64,000 bases of DNA. Origin: Squalus acanthias. Taxonomy: Eukaryota. The notes beneath the pieces are model-generated. The model was not told where the DNA came from and made no database searches. It saw only the letters and a program-made list of their open reading frames with translations. Numbering within the stretch: the stretch's first letter is position 1; the number at the start of each line of letters is the position of its first letter. The stretch spans positions 58,406,001 to 58,470,000 of the forward strand of contig CM059438.1 of assembly GCA_030390025.1 (NCBI GenBank), given 5' to 3'. Made by a program: the position numbers and the translations under genes. Below are positions 63,441-64,000 of the stretch, in pieces.

Positions 63441-64000
63441 AGCTGTGTACAGAAAGACTCTGGGGAATGGAGCTGGGTACAGATAGAATCTGGGAATGGA
63501 GCTGGGTACAGTCAGACTCTGCGAATGGAGCTGTGTACAGAAAGAGTCTGGGGAATGGAGCTGGGTACAGACAGCCTCTGGGAATGGAGCAGGTTTCCAA
63601 CTGACTGAGGAATGGAGCTGGGTACAGACAGACTCTGGGAATGGAGCTGGGTACTGAAAGAATCTGGGAATGGAGCGGGGTAAGACAGTCTCTGGGAATC
63701 GAGCTGTGTACAGACAGACTCTGCGAATGGAGATGGTTACAGAAGGACTCTGGGAATAGAGCTGGGTACAGACAAACTCGGGTAAATGGAATTGGGTACA
63801 GACAGACTGTGGAATCAAATCTGGGTGGACACAGACTCTGGGGAATGGAGCTGGGTACAGACAGAGACTGGGAATGGAGCTGGGTACAGACAGACTGGGG
63901 AATGGAGCTGGGTACAGACACACAGGTGAATGGATGTGCATAAAGGCAGACTCTGGGGAATGGAGCTGGGTACGGACAGACTCTGGGGAATGGAGCTGGG

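Larger units (their letters stand above)
13931..64000 (+). repeat. 50 kb array of the 28-30 bp satellite with no further LINE, running off the window end
   Basis: Monomers of 28 (ACTGGGGAAT), 29 (CTCTGGGAAT) and 30 bp (CTCTGGGGAAT) throughout, all in one orientation except 14829-14848. Confidence 0.97.

Noticed and set aside
1..64000. CRISPR array with a ~29-bp repeat next to a nuclease/RT-like ORF
   Set aside because: Monomers abut with no unique spacers, and the adjacent ORFs are CR1 ORF2 fragments, not Cas proteins.

Overview
Eukaryotic repeat DNA with no host gene, probably from a vertebrate; the LINE 3' end suggests a cartilaginous fish (inference from recall, not a search). About 56 kb of the 64 kb is one head-to-tail satellite with a 28-30 bp monomer (consensus GGAATGGAGCTGGGTACAGACAGAC(TC)TG(G), roughly 1,900 copies). 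The consensus has no stop codon in any of the six frames, which explains almost all of the ORF track. The only non-satellite sequence is four near-identical copies of a 1.95 kb CR1-clade LINE fragment on the minus strand (1166-3116, 4791-6739, 8414-10364, 11980-13930). It is 5'-truncated inside the endonuclease, frameshifted there, and lacks the whole reverse-transcriptase core, but keeps an intact 3' UTR stem-loop and (TTCTATGT)2 tail. The four copies come from one insertion that was tandemly amplified with about 1.67 kb of satellite as a ~3.6 kb composite unit; un-inserted empty sites survive at 15364/15365 and 24054/24055. The rest of the array has two variant domains with nested higher-order duplications, one fold-back inversion and one thrice-copied cluster of dense substitutions. 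I see no evidence for a new protein-coding system; the interest lies in satellite and retroelement dynamics.
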